From Mobula hypostoma (lineage: Eukaryota), in contig NC_086109.1 in assembly GCF_963921235.1 (NCBI RefSeq), positions 6,016,001 to 6,080,000 of the forward strand: a DNA stretch of 64,000 nt, given 5' to 3'. Below, piece after piece: positions 38,366 to 52,722 of this stretch. Each line of letters begins with the position of its first letter. The first letter of the stretch is position 1. The notes beneath the pieces are model-generated. The model had not been told where the DNA came from. It saw only the letters and a program-made list of their open reading frames with translations, and made no database searches. The position numbers and the translations under genes are program-made.

Positions 38366-40007
38366 ATACTATTTTGTGACCGTGTGCTATTTCAACCACA
38401 TGCGCTCTCCGTTGCGTGAACCGTGTTTTGCACTTTGGCTCCGAGGAACAATATTTCATTGAGCTGTATACGTGTGTAAACAGGCTGAATGGAAATTAAG
38501 CTTGATCTTGCTACTACAAGCATTTTTTCCATTGCATCTGTGTACTCAGGAACTTGAACATCTGATAATCAACTCCACTTGAACTTCAAGGCAGATCATT
38601 GATAATGACCAACAAGAGAGAATCTGCAGATGATGGAAAGATGCAGGTCCTGCTGAAGGGTCTCGGCCAGAAACACAGACTGTACTTTTTTCCATTGATG
38701 CTGCCTGGCCTGCCAAACCCTCCAGCATTTTGTGTGCGTTTCATTGACATAACCAACAATTTTACACACAACAGGCTCCCAGGTCAAAGTCAAGTTTATG
38801 ATCAAAGTACATATGTGTTATACACTACCTTCAGATTCATCTTCTTGAAGGCAGTTACAGGAAAATAAAGAAATAGAACAGAACTTCTCCAAGACCTGAT
38901 CCCGGGGAGAGGAAGGGTCTTTGCCAAGATGACGTAGGTGGGCTACACCTGGGGACAACTTGAAAGACTGGGCCAGAACAGAGGACTCCTGACAAGTTGC
39001 TGTTGCCCCAGTAGGGGTGGTGGGCTGAAGCAAGTAATTATACATAAGCAAAGACTGACAAACAGCGTACGGTGAAATGCATTGTTCGCAATAACATCTA
39101 GCACACCAAGGACGTGCTGGGGGGAGAGCGCAACTGCCGCTACACATTCCGGCACCAGCGTAGGTGGACATGCTATGTTGGCGTTGGATTGTGTAGTGAC
39201 ACTTGTGGTCTCCCCCCAGCTCATCCTTGGTACGTTAGACGTTATCAGAAACAACGCATTTCACTGTATGCAGAACACAACAGCACCCCCACACTTACAC
39301 TGCCCTCTAACCCCAAAACAGTCCATATTCTCGGCCCCCAGCCGACTCGGACTCGCAAGTTACACTGATAAATGCCCAGTTAAGGATCTATTGCTGGCTG
39401 GTGGACCGCGGGCTGTTTACTGAAAGAAGGATGTTTCCGCAATGTACAGCAGGACCTGGAGAGAGGTCAGAGCATCAATCCTGTTGTACAGTGCAAAGCA
39501 ATTTTAAAGAAAATGATTCTGATGATAGCAAAGCGGGCCGCAGTGATGGAGACAGAGATGCACAGATAACAAATGATGTGCAAAAGGCAACTTTTTCTTT
39601 GAAAGCCGAGACAAAATTTCCACAGAATTCTTGGAATCGGTACAGTGATGAGTTCATGTGATTGTAAGCAATATCACTTCCTGTTGCAGTTGGCTTTTGG
39701 ACCAGAAAAAGTTAGAGCACAGCCTGGCTCCGCTCCGTGACATTGCCAGACAGCGAGGGCGGCCAGGGGTCTAGAGCTCAACTCCAGCAGCCAGGCAGAG
39801 ATCACAGGCACAGCACAAGGGTGATGAGTCCGATAGTCAAGGCCTCCTCAGCAGAGCCTTGGGTCTGCAAATCTGCAGGTCCACTGAGGAAATCAGAAGC
39901 CTGATGTCTGCAAGTCTTCTGGAAACTGGAGGCCCAGAGGCAACCGACCTGGGATGGGAGGAGTGAGTGAGAGAACGAGACAGAACGAGAGAGAGAAAAC
40001 GAAGGGG

Positions 40008-40122
40008 GAGGGAACCAGAGGACGAAAGAGCGGGCGAGGGAACCAGAGGACGAAAGAGCGGGCGAGGGAACCAGAGGACGAAAGAGCGGGCGAGGGAACC
40101 AGAGGACGAAAGAGCGGGCGAG
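40008..40122. repeat. 28-bp tandem repeat x4
   Basis: GAGGGAACCAGAGGACGAAAGAGCGGGC, four identical copies. Confidence 0.95.
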
Positions 40123-41089
40123 AGAATGAACATGTGGTGGCTGCATGGGGAGAAGGAAAGGAGCTTGCTTGCTTTGCTGTTTTACTGTTGCTTGTGTTGT
40201 TCTGCTGAATGGGATGGACACCCTACGTTAGTGCTGGAATGTGTGCCAACACTTGCAGGCTGCCCCCAGCAGACCCTATGGGTTGCTAACACAACAATGC
40301 TGATTTTACCGCATGTCTTGGTGGACACATAATAAATAATCTGAACCAAGAGGCACGTAGGCTGATATTTCTGTCCATAAGACCAGAAGGCATTGGAGCA
40401 AAATTAGACCATTCGGCCCATCGAGTTTGCCCTGCCATTCCGTTATGGCTGATTTATTATCCCTCTCGACCCCATTCTCCTGCCTTCTGTCCATAACCTT
40501 TGATGCCCTGTATCAAACCTTTCCTTTTCACAACATCACCCTAAACACCAAACACCTTGTAAGTGAAGTTACTGTGATGGCCTACTTGTGCACAGCAAGC
40601 TCCCAGAGACAAAGAAACATCCCTCAGCGATGACACCCAACAGCACCCTGGAGATGATGGCCTGTCCTCCAGACCATCACCAAGCCAAATGGCTATCAGC
40701 CGTGTCAGCGGGCCAGGATACTCCAGAGAAAACAAGCCAAGACTGACCAATCTCTCCTCATAGCTTATCCTCTCTAACCCAGGCAGCATCCTGGTGAACC
40801 TCCTCTGCACCCTCTCCAAAGCCTCCACAAACCTCCCTGTAATGGGTCGACCAGAACCAAACGCCATACCCAACATCTCTGTTTAAGGGTCCTGCCCAGT
40901 GCATACACACCCAGGGTATAAGCACCAGGGAAACTAGCGTCTTGCAGCAGTGGTGCTATACATTACGGGTGCGGCCATCAGTTAATGTAGAATAAATAAT
41001 CATAAATTACACACAACTTGATTATCAGGAGTCTTCACCCCACCTCCAAGAGCGGCAATGGCAAAAACTAGAGGGCATCCATTTTGAAT

Positions 41090-41620
41090 GCAAGAGACCA
41101 TAAGACACAAGACCAGAATCAGCCCATCGAGTCTGCTCTGCCATTCCATCATGGCTGATTTATTATCTCTCTCAACCCCATTCACCCTTACTAATCAAGA
41201 ACCTACCACCACTTTAAATATACCAAAGACTTGGCCTCCACAGCCATCTGTGGTAATGGATTCCAAAGATACACCACCCTCTGGCTAAAGAAATTCCTCC
41301 TCATCTCTGTTCTAAAGGGAAGTCCTTGCATTCTGAGTAGCACTATCTGGTCCTAGCCTGCCCCCACTATAGGAAACATCCTCTCCACATCCTCTCTATC
41401 TAGCCCTTTCAATATCCAATAGGCTTCAATGAGATTCTACCCCCTCCCCCAATTCTTCTATACACCAGTCAGTACAGGCCCAGAACCATCAAATGCTACT
41501 CGTACATTAACCCTTCCGTTCCCAGGATCATTCCAGTGAACATCCTCTGAACCCTCTCCAATTTCAGCACATCCCTTCTTAGATAAGGGGCCTAAAACTG
41601 CTCCTAATGCTCCAATACTT
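41090..41620 (-). mobile_element. CR1 LINE 3' fragment
   Basis: Reverse complement of the CR1 3' family seen at 5015-5460 and 8985-9250. Confidence 0.75.
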
Positions 41621-44600
41621 TAAGATTAGTATTCATTGGGCTATGTATTACACAGACAGTGGCGGGTGTGTGGAATGTGCTGCAGGGGTACTGGTAGAGG
41701 TAAATACATTAGGGACATTTAAGAGACTCCTCGATAAGGACTTGCATGACAGAAAAATGGAGAGCCATGTTGAATGGAAGGGTGGTGGGGTGAAGATACA
41801 TCTCTACCAAAGGAGGTGCAAGGTGCACCTTCCCTCTGCTAGCCTGCAGGTCACCCTTGGGCAAGGTGTAGCACCAGCTTAGCGCCCCGATCATATGAAG
41901 CTATGGGAGCAGGTGGTGGATGGTCATATGAGCAGCTGGTGCGTATCACAAATCCTGGTTATGCGACCACTGACACCAGGCAGACAATCCCTGAAGAGTA
42001 TTGATAATGACTGGGGTCACCCATCTTGTAAAGACACTGCCCAGAAGAAGGCAATGGCAAACCACTTCTGTAGAAAGATTGGACAAGAACAATCATGGTC
42101 AAGGGAAGATCATGATCGCCAATGCCATACGACACGGCACGTAATGATAGTGAGGATGATGTGGAATGGAAGGGTTAGATTGATCCTGGAGTAGGTTTAT
42201 ACAAATTGATACATCACCGGCCAAATGGCCTGTACTTTGCTGCTCTGCTCCATGTTCTATATGGAATAATAAATAAAAATATCAACCACATCGCTGCAAG
42301 AAGGAGCAGGAAAAAAAAACTGTGCGTTAGTTTTTTCAGGTCAGTCCAGGAACACGATGGTGGACATTGTTGAACCTCGCTGTGTGGGTCTTCAGACTCC
42401 TGTACCTCCTGCCTAATGGCAGCAATGAGGAGAGGACACAAACTGGATGGCAGTGGTTACTACTGTGGTGGTCGGTGAATTATAGTGGGTCCGTGTTCTT
42501 ACTGAGGCAGGGGTTGATTAAACAATGGATGTTCGTGCTTCCCGACAGCAATCAATGAGGCACATCATCACACCCTCCCAGGGCCCTGGTACAACTGATG
42601 AGATTAATATCAAAAGCAGTCAGGACACAGGGGAAGATGCCTTGTAGTTCCTGTAGCAGGCAGTGATGCTGCTGGTCAGGAACAGTCAATGGTGCTCCTG
42701 TAAAAATTGTTTAGAATGTGGGGGGCGAGAAAGTGTCTCACTCACTTCAACCTCCTCAGGAAGCAAAGACACTGCTTGCTTTCCAATCTTGGCCATATCC
42801 AAACTGTAGCAATACCTCAACTTAATGTTTGCCAAGATTCAGCAACCTGTGGCGTGAACGCATTGGCGTGACAAAGAGGTGGAAGCAGAAAATGTGAGGG
42901 GCGTGCAGGAGATTCTGATGTTCACAGTATTATTTACACACTTATTTATTTATCATACTTTGTTTCTTTTTAATATTTGCAATTGATCTTCTTTGGCACA
43001 TTGGTCGTTTGTCAGCCTTGTGTGTAGTTTTTCATTGATTCTATTGTATTTCTTTGTTCAACTCTGAATGTCTGCAAGAAAACGAAACTCCGGGTAGTAC
43101 TTGGTGGCATACTGTAGACGTGCTTTGATAGTAAATTTATTTTAAACTATATAGGTTAAGGAAATGGGTAACAGTTTGTCAGATGGAGCACATAATGTGG
43201 GAAAACACCACCAAGCTACCCACACTGTTATGTAGAATAGATCAACAGGATGTTGTTTAGATATAGACAGACCACAGAATGCTGACTTAGAGAGGCGTGC
43301 GAGCCCTCATAAACCGAGCACAAAGTCAGCATGTGTGTACAGCGGGTAGAGCATAGGGACTGACTCTGCCCAGCATGGACTCCATGGACCGAATGGCCCG
43401 TTTCCATGCCACAGGACACGATGACACTGGAGTATACAGGCAAGGTAGCCTTCATTAACTGGGCAGTGCATTAGTGAGACCACATCAGGGGTAGTGCAGT
43501 CTCCTTATACAACGACGTTCATTCATTGGAGATGGTTGAGAGAAGCTTCACCAGGTGCATTCCTATGAGACGAAGGGGGTTGGGTCATGAGGAAAGATCA
43601 AACACCATGGACCTATGCTCACTGGGGTTGAGAAGAACAATGTGATAGCCTTAGAACAGTACAGCACTGAGACGGGCCAGTCATTAATAATGGCTGGAGT
43701 CGCCCATCTAGTAAAGACACTGCCCAGAAGGAGGCAATGGCAACCACTTCTGCAGAAAAAATTAGCCAAGAACTATCATGGTCATGGATAGAGAAAAAGA
43801 GAAAGAACAACAGCGTGAAGGGGGACTTCCCCACAAGCACAGATTAAAGATAGGCGGAAGATCATGATTGCCCACGTCATATGACATAGCTGATGACGAT
43901 TCCCAGATGTCTCTGTTCTAATGCACTCCTTAGTACCCTGCCACTGACTGTGTAAACAATCAAATTGCTTCCAGTCACATGTGGGGCTAGATGGTCCATC
44001 CATACATTTACCCAATCTGTACCTCTCTCACTGAAAGGCTCACCAGGAGAACAACAAGGTTGGTGCTGAGAGACTATTTCCCCTAAGGGAGATAGCTAGA
44101 ATTAGCAGGAAGAGTTTCAGAATACGGGGAAGCCTAGTCCCATCAACCTACACCTGGACCATAGCCCTCCACACCCCTCCTGTCCAGGTACTCATCCAAG
44201 AATAAGGGATGACTTTGTGCACCTTCCTTTCTAGTTCTCTTGAAGAGTCTTGGCCCAAAACGTCAACTCTTTATCCCTCCTTCTGATGTCCTACCTCCCA
44301 GGGGACCAGTGTTGTGTATTTAATATCAGTAATATTGTACATATATTGTTTGATTAAGCATTCTTTGTTGTTTCAATGCTGTATTATGGTTATAAGTATG
44401 AAGAGTGTGGTGACATGCCTCACCAAGTATTGTCCAGAAGAACATGCATCCATTGTGTAATCAGCTCCTGCCTCGGGAGACTTGGACCATTTCAATTCAT
44501 CCATCGTGACAACAGGCCTACAACAGATGCTATCCATTGGCTCTCCACTCTGATCGGATCCACCCAGGCTCTGTTCTTGCTGCGGCCATCAGGAAGGTGG

Positions 44601-44876
44601 TACAGGAGCCCCAGGACTCACACCACCAGGTTCAATAAGTTATTACCCCTCAATCATCAGGTGCCTGAACCAGAGGGGATAACTTCACTTGCCCCATCAC
44701 TGAACTGTTCCCACAACCCATGGACACACTTTCAAAGGACTTTATATTAATGCTATTGATATTAATTGCATATATATTTATAATTAATTCCTTTTTTCTT
44801 TCCTATTTCCTCAATTTGATGTCTTTTGCACAGTGATTGATTATCCATCCTGTTGGGTGTGGTCTTTCATTGAATC

Positions 44877-45580
44877 TATAGTCAGACTTTATTGATCCTG
44901 GGGGAAATTGGTTTTCGTTACAGTTGCTCCATAAATAGTAATAGAACCATAAATAGTTAAATAGTTATATGTAAATTATGAAATAAGTCCAGGACCAGCC
45001 TATTGGCTCAGGGTGTCTGACCCTCCAAGGGAGGAGTTGTAAAGTTTGATGGCCACAGGCAGGAATGACTTCCTATGACGCTCTGTGCTGCATCTCGGTG
45101 GAATGAGTCTCTGGCTGAATGTACTCCTGTGCCCAACCAGTACATTATGTAGTGGATGGGAGACATTGTACAAGATGGCATGCAACTTAGACAGCATCCT
45201 CTTTTCAGACACCACCATCAGAGAGTCCAGTTCCATCCCCACAATATCACTGGCCTTACGAATGAGTTTGTTGATTCTGTTGGTGTCTGCTACCCTCAGC
45301 CTGCTGCCCCAGCACACAACAGCAAACATGATCACACTGGCCACCACAGACTCATAGAACATCCTCAGCATCGTCCGGCAGATGTTAAAGGACCTCAGTC
45401 TCCTCAGGAAATAGAGACGGCTCTGACCCTTCTTGTAGACAGCCTCAGTGTTCTTTGACCAGTCCAGTTTATTGTCAATTCATATCCCCAGGTATTTGTA
45501 ATCCTCCACCATGTCCACACTGACCCCCTGGATGGAAACAGGGGTCACCGGTACCTTAGTTCTCCTCAGGTCTACCACCA
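44877..45580 (-). mobile_element. Young 5'-truncated Rex1-like LINE
   Basis: Third copy of the 25246/31058 family; flanked by short AATCT duplication. Confidence 0.9.
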
Positions 45581-46970
45581 ATCTGTTATGGCTCTTGGAT
45601 TTACGAAGTATGCCCGCAAGAAAATGAATCTCTGGTTTGCATATGGTGACACATGTACTTTGATAATAAATTTACTTTGAACATTTGTACTTTGGACCAT
45701 TTGGACGACTAGAACACGTCAGGCTGTGGTTCACCAGCTAAAGCCCGGTGTTTAACAGCATCATTCCCTCAAAATTGATTGCCAATCTCAATTACTTTAG
45801 GAATAAAGAGAAGAGGAGGAAGAAATTCAGCCCAGAGTCTATTCTACCAGTGATCGAATTCACAACCATGCTGCTTCCCTGTTCCACATCCCAACTCTCA
45901 ACACAACACTGGGACCTGGCCACATTCCCTACTCTGAGCCTCAACAGGCCTGACGAAGTCTCTCCTCATCACAAGGCTCCCAATAAACTGGACGGAAGGG
46001 ACTGCTGAATGAATACTGCCATTGTGAACACAAATCAAAGGAACAAGGCTTTCCTCTTTGGAGTGAAGGAGGATGAGGTGTACAAGATGAGATGTTAAGA
46101 GACATAGACAGGGCAGAAATGGCTATTAAGAGGCCATGATTTTAAGGTGATTGGCAGCAAGTGTGTGGGGGGGGATGGGGGGATGTGGGGGGGGGGATAC
46201 CAGAGGTAGTTTTTTTTTAATAAACAGAGCTGTGGTTGTATGGAACACCTTGCCAGGGGTGATGGTAGAGGCAGATTCATTAGGAGCATTGAAGAGACTC
46301 TTAGATAGGCCCATGGAGGACTATGTGGGAGGAAAGGGTTAAATTGGCCATACAACAGGTTAAAAGGTTGGCACAACTCTGTGAGTTGAAGGGTCCGGAC
46401 CGTGCTGCAAAGTAGCAAGAAGGCACCTGACCCCGACAAGCTGCTCTACCACCCAATATGACAAGGTTAAACTTGTTCCCTCTGGAATTTGACCTTTTCT
46501 CCCAAGGGAAAAGACTCTGGCTGTCCACCTTACTTCAACCACCCCACCAGATCTCCCCTCAGTATCTGCCACTCCAGAAAAAAAACGACCAAGTCTGTCC
46601 AATCAGTCCAAAAGAAATGAGTTCTCCATTTCAGCATTTGGATCAGTTTCAGTTTCACCACCCACAACCCCTCCTCCACAGGAGCAGACACCAGCCTCAT
46701 ACAACCAACCACCACCAAATACAATCTGGGCTCTCTCCTTTTTCTCCTTTCCATTCCTCTCACCTGCCCACTGCCTCCCTCTGGTGCCCCTCCTCCTTCC
46801 CATTCTCCCACTCTCCTCTCCCATTAGATTCCTTGTTCCTCAACACTTTACATCTTCCACCTAGCACCTCCAATGAAGAACTTATTCTGGAGAAAATGTA
46901 AACTCCTGTGATATTTGTAACGTGAAATACAACAACCAGCAAGCCACATTGGGCTTGTATGGGGTAACGG

Positions 46971-47638
46971 GAGGAGAAGATGGCGGCATGACGCAGCTCG
47001 CAGCGGCCACTCCGGTGGTGATGTCTGTTATTTGTCAAGTAGGGTGCCATACACGATCCTGATTTGATGGAAACAGACGTGAGAGCACGGAGGAACATCT
47101 GGTGAAACTTCTGAAATGCCTGCTTCGCTGCTGCTGCTACTGTTTGGTCCGGAATCTCCGGAGGGGAAGGCCCCGAGTCCTCGGCTTTGCTTGTTGCTCG
47201 GCGGCCGGAGCGGGGTCAAAGCGCTCGGCAGAGGATGGTGCTTGGAGAGGCTGTATCGGAGGGGCTGGTCAGAGGCTCGAAGTTTTTGGATGGACTCAAG
47301 AGTCGGCTGCAGTCGGGTGCTTCCAATGCATCGGCAAGTTGTCGGCACTTAAAGGTTCATGGCAGGGAGAGTTTCTCCCTTCTGCCATCTGCGTTAGATG
47401 ATGAGTCAATCGGGACTTTGAGACTTTTTTTCACCGTGCCCATGCTCTGCTCTTTATCAAATTATGGTATTGCTTTGCATTGTTGTAACTGTATTATAAT
47501 TATGTAGTTTTGTCAGTTTTAGTCTTGGTTTGTCCTTTTTTTTGTGATATCATTCTGAAGGAACACTGTATCATTTTTTAATGCATGCATTTCTAAACGA
47601 CAATAAACGAGGACTGAGTGTCCTCATAATCTAATCTA
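46971..47638 (+). mobile_element. Non-autonomous retroposon with (TCTAA)n tail (family C)
   Basis: Starts GAGGAGAAGATGGCGGC, ends AATAAAC..CATAATCTAATCTAA. Confidence 0.75.
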
Positions 47639-47852
47639 AAAGGAGGAGGACCAGCATTGTGGGGTGTGGGGGATGCATGTTTGGCTGAGACAACTACACC
47701 TTCTTTGGAGATCCATTCACCATTTGCATGACATATCCCCGGCATTAAAGCCAACTGAAAGCTAATTAAGAAAGGTACAGAACGACACCACAAGTGTCTC
47801 CATGGTGTACACAATGAACCGTTGCCCCACAGAGGGCAAACAGAAGTTGCTG

Positions 47853-48680
47853 CCAACCTGTGTGTCTCTGGCTGGAAAGCATATTGGACCCAGGAAGGAC
47901 CATGCTGCTCAGAGGAAGCGTGAAAGTGAGGAAAGCAGTGGTCCGACTACAACAATTTTCATAGGCAACATTTCTGAGAAAATATCTGATGTGTTGATCA
48001 GGCAGTTACTTGCAAAATATGGCTTGGTTTCAAGCTGGGAGAGAGTTCAAGCAACTTCGGGAAAGTTGCAAGCATTTTGCTTTTATGAGTATAAACAACC
48101 AGAATCCATTCTGCATGCATTATGGTTATTGCACGAAGTTCAAGTGGGGAGAAAAAGCAGCTTGTAAAAGTACATGCAAAGACCAAAGCCCTGTTGGATG
48201 AATGGAAGGCCAAAGGGAAGGAATTAATGGAGATATGAAAACAGAGGATTTGTCTGACGATGTTGTGGAGAGATCAAATCATAAAGGGAGCAATAGAAGA
48301 ATTAGTAAGAGAATACTCCAGTGAACTAAATGCACCTTCCCAAGATCAAACTAGAAAGAAGGAGGAAAAGAAAGGGGAGGATAACACAGGTGCTATGGAC
48401 ATGGAAGAGGATAAATGAGACCTAATTTCTCAAGAAATCAGCAAATTCAGAGATATTCACAACTAGAAGAAAAAGAAAGGCAAGGAATTGAAATGTAAAT
48501 AAGAGACAAAGAACGTGAGTGAGAAAGAAAGGCATGAAAGAGAGAAGGAATATGAAAACCAAAAAGTAGGAATGTGAGTGTGAGCGGGGTGGGGTCCGAG
48601 ACCAAGACAGTGACAGGGATCGAGAGAGAAGCAATGATGGAAGTAGATCCAGAGGGCAAAGCTAAGGAAAGGAGAAGAAA
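47853..48680 (+). pseudogene. RBM25: Processed pseudogene of RNA-binding protein 25 (RRM and RE-rich region)
   Basis: GPTTTIFIGNISEKISDVLIRQLLAKYGLVSSWERVQATSGKLQAF..; KTKALLDEWKAK; RDQIIKGAIEELVREYSSELNAPSQD; MEEDK*DLISQEISKFRD; intronless, with frameshifts and stops. Confidence 0.93.
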
Positions 48681-51600
48681 GTTGTCCAGAGCTGTCAGAA
48701 CCACTTCCTGCAGTCCCAGAGTCAACTCCTACAACCACCACAGAGGAAGCTCCAGAAGGGGAGATTGTTTTTTCAGCCACAAGTCCCAGCTGCCAAGCAG
48801 GGTGACCTCCCTTGTCAGGAAAGCCATTATCCCACAAGAGTAAGAAATCCTCCACAGTGATTAAATCTTAAGGCCCAAGTGGGACAATCTAAAATTTACT
48901 ATGCTGCAAATGTCTATATAGTAGTTGTACACATAGTATACTGTATATATAGTGTATGTATACAAGTTGAGATGCATTCTATATTGAGTTGGAGATTATA
49001 GTTAAGCTGGGAGGAATATTGCATATTTAATATCAGTAATATTGTAAAAATATTGTTTCATTCTTTAAAATCTGCAGCATTTTTTGTTGTTTATTCCTGA
49101 TAGATATATGTACAAAGTACGTGAATGGCATACGTCATCACACCACTGTGTCGTAAGTATGTGCACACAAAGTAATAACAAGTTGGACTCTCATTCTGAA
49201 CTGCTTGGTTTTTCTTCCATTTAGTTTTATGTTTCTGAGTTACTAAAATAACAATCACAGCCTCGCTGGAGACTTGCCTGGCTCAGTGATCCGGAGAGCT
49301 GTATTGGCTGGAGTCAGGGCTTTATATATTGGCTCTCAGTAGGGTCACCCATGCCAAACAGGTCAGAGGTACAGGCCAGACTAAAAGTGGTCCACAGCTC
49401 CTCCAGTTTGGGGGGTTTAGCTCAGGGCTAGTGACCCTGACTGGTCAAACAAAACTGTTATGGAAACAGCAATAAAGAATCCTTCTACAAAGTACGACAG
49501 CGTTCCTGAGTCTCCGTCCGGGACTTGCATGGCTGACAGTAGTGAAAACCGGGAAGAAACTACTGGCACAATGAAAGAAGCGCCGAATGCCACCAGAGAT
49601 GGAAGATCTTCATTGCCGACCTAAACGCCAACAGCCTAACAGGTAGCAAAAAAAAAAAAAAAAAATTTTTTTAATTAGATGCTGTGAACCTCCAGCACTT
49701 TGTGTGTGTTGCTGTGAATTTCCAGCATCTGCAGAATCTCATGCTTGGGATCAACCAGGTTTACAATCACTAGAAACACACCTTACTCTGGAATTTCAAA
49801 CTTTCGGATTTTTATTGAGCAGTGTTAAAAACAGAATAGACACCTTCAGAAAGAATGCCTTTTAAATAAACTCCTATTGGTGCATAAATACAAAGTGTTG
49901 CAGCTGGAAACCTTTCCTAATTTAAACACAAGTGCTTGATGTTTAAATAGTCACATTCCTGCTGTAACACCCTGATCAGATCACTTGCGTGCAGCCTAAT
50001 TTCATCAACAGAAGCTGTTAAAAAGTCAGAGTCATGAGTTTATCTCACTGAAAAACAGCAGATATCAGGTGAAAATGCAGGCCAATGCAACTTCACCAGA
50101 ATTAAACTACGTTTCCTAGCTTCTCCCATCATGTAGAAGGTACAGGAGCCTCAGGACTCACACCACCAGGTTCAGGAGCAGTTACTACCCCTCAATCATC
50201 AGGTTCTTGAATAAAAGGGGATAACTACTCTCATCTATTGAGATGTTCCCACAATCAATGATCTCACTTTAAGGACTCTTTATCTCATTATCTCATGTTC
50301 TCATTATTTTTTGCCATTTATTTAATTTGTATTTGCACTGTGATCAATCTTTCATTGATCCTATTATAGTTACCATTCTATAGATTTGCCAAGTATGCCC
50401 GCAGAAAATTGAGTCTCAGGGTTGTATGTGGTGACATAGGTGTACTCTGATAATAAAATCTACTTTGAACTTTGAACTCTTTTTTTCAAATGAATTCATA
50501 GCTCTCTCTAAAAAAAACACTGGTCAGGTCACATTTCGCTCATCACCGAGTGAGCATACTTCCAAAATGAGTAACCAGATCATAGATTCAAAAACAGACA
50601 AAAGGTCCATGATCCATACAGATGGAATGATTTGATGTAATAAGGCCTCAGATCATTCTAATTGCATTCCTTGGTAATTCACATATTAAAAGGAAGTCAT
50701 TATGATAATTAAACATTATTCTTGACATCTCAAACCAAGCAGAGTAGTTTTTCCTATGACTTGACATCTCAGGAACAGAGGTGACCTCATCCCACTGTTT
50801 ACAGAACACACTGTGACCCATCACAACGTGCCAAGCATTCCCTTAAAAGCCAGCCCCGCGCACTTGCCTGGTACTGTTTTCCCAGCTGCCTATTTCATCC
50901 GGAGCTGGCCGCTGGGAAGCAGCTCTGCTGCAGATTACAGAAACACGGCGTCAGACATTCTTCACGTTAGTCAGGGCACCTTTGCCCTCTGGTGATGTCA
51001 CCAAGGAAGAGGTTAGCAGAGCCTTCTAGTCACTCCTCAGAAACACAAGAGATTCTGCAGATGCTGGAACTCCAGAGGAACGCACGCAAAGCACTGGAGG
51101 AATGCAGCAGGTCAAGATTCAAAGATCCAAAGCACATTTATTATCACCTTGAAATTTGCCTGCTTACAGGCTGCCAGAAAGCAAGGAACCCCGATAACCC
51201 AATTTAAAAAAGAAAAACCAAGACTACTGTGCAGAGAAAGGGGAAGAGAGAGAAGAGCACAAACAATGCCATCAGTAGAAGCAATTGACAGTATTCCGAA
51301 GCAGATTGAGTCCTTAGTTCTGCTCCCTGGAGCAGCCGGATTTGGCCCAAGCCTTTGTCTCAGTAGCACAGCAGCCGGAGCGGTTCACAGCCAAGAGATG
51401 AATGAACTTCGCAGGAGAGCGAGGAAAATCAGCCCGACACTCGCCTCCGGGCCCAGCACTCAGGCTTTCCAGTGCATCTCGACCAGTGTTTAAATTGTTC
51501 AAGCACTGGGTAGCACCTCACTCGAGGGCCTGGACCCCGGCACAACAACACGCTCGGTCCGCTCAGCCCGAAGCCGCTCTCGACCTCACCACATCGGCTC

Positions 51601-52722
51601 GGCGCTTGGAGCGAACCAACCTCACACTCGGGTCCAGTGGACGGGCGCTGAAACTCTTCCACACCAACTCCTCTCCAAATCGCTCACTCCGTCTCCATCT
51701 GCGAACCCAGCTCCATCACGCCGTGCCTTGCAATGCTCCAGCACAAGCTCACCCCCCACCTCCCCCCGGAAACCAGCCTCACCTCCACCTGTCTCCTCAC
51801 CATCTGTAGTGACGGCCCACCACAATTTGCTTCAAGGAAGATGTCACAAGTAACGTTTTCAGTCAACCTTTTGATCAGCCAGTAAGCTGTCACACACCTT
51901 TGGTAGTGCCGTCTTGAACTGGGAGAGTCAGGCGACATCTATGGAGAAGAATAAGTTTTGACCCAAGACCCTTCATCATTTCAGAGATCCTACAGCATTT
52001 TGTGTGAGTTAGTCACACCTCAGCCTGGGGAAATCACGATAATCCAACCACGTGGGAACATTGCTGCCACAACAGGCCTCAATAGAGAAGTAAAAGAATT
52101 CAACAGACTTTAGGTGTCTTCCCTCTCTGGCCAGCGCCTCTGCTAGTCGCCCGTCTTTGAAACCGGCTCGGTTTTTCGTTTCTTCAAGAGGACCACTGGG
52201 AATTCTGGGCGTTCCCCACATTTCCCAGCTTTTCAGTTTCTTTCCTCTCTCTGGCCCCAAGCTGATCACCATGGTAACCCGGGCCTCACCCTATCAGTGA
52301 TATCCTCTCCATCCAGGGTGTGGTTATTCCCCTTCATAGATGCTGCCTGACTTGCTGAGTTCTTGCATAAAACTAGACCGTAACACATTGGAGCCGAATT
52401 AGGCCACTCAGCCCATCGAGACTGCCTCATCATTTGATCAGGACAGCACAGTAGTGTAGCAGTTAGTGCAATGCTCTACTGCGACAGCAATTCCCGCCAC
52501 TGTCTGTAAGGATTTGTACACTCTCCCCGGAACAGCGTGGGTTTCCTCCGGGTGTCCTGGTTTCTTCCCACATTCCAGAGATGTACGAGTCAGAGTCAGG
52601 ATTAGTAAACTGTGGGTAAACTCCATTGACGCCAGAAGAATAGTTACCCCCCAGCACATTCTCGGACTATGGTGGTCGTTGACACAAACAAAGCATTTCA
52701 CTGCATGTAGGGTGTTTCGGTG

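Noticed and set aside
34435..51809. Longer ORFs at 34435-35028, 37648-38253 and 51402-51809
   Set aside because: They cross repeat boundaries or lie antisense to repeats and show no recognisable domains
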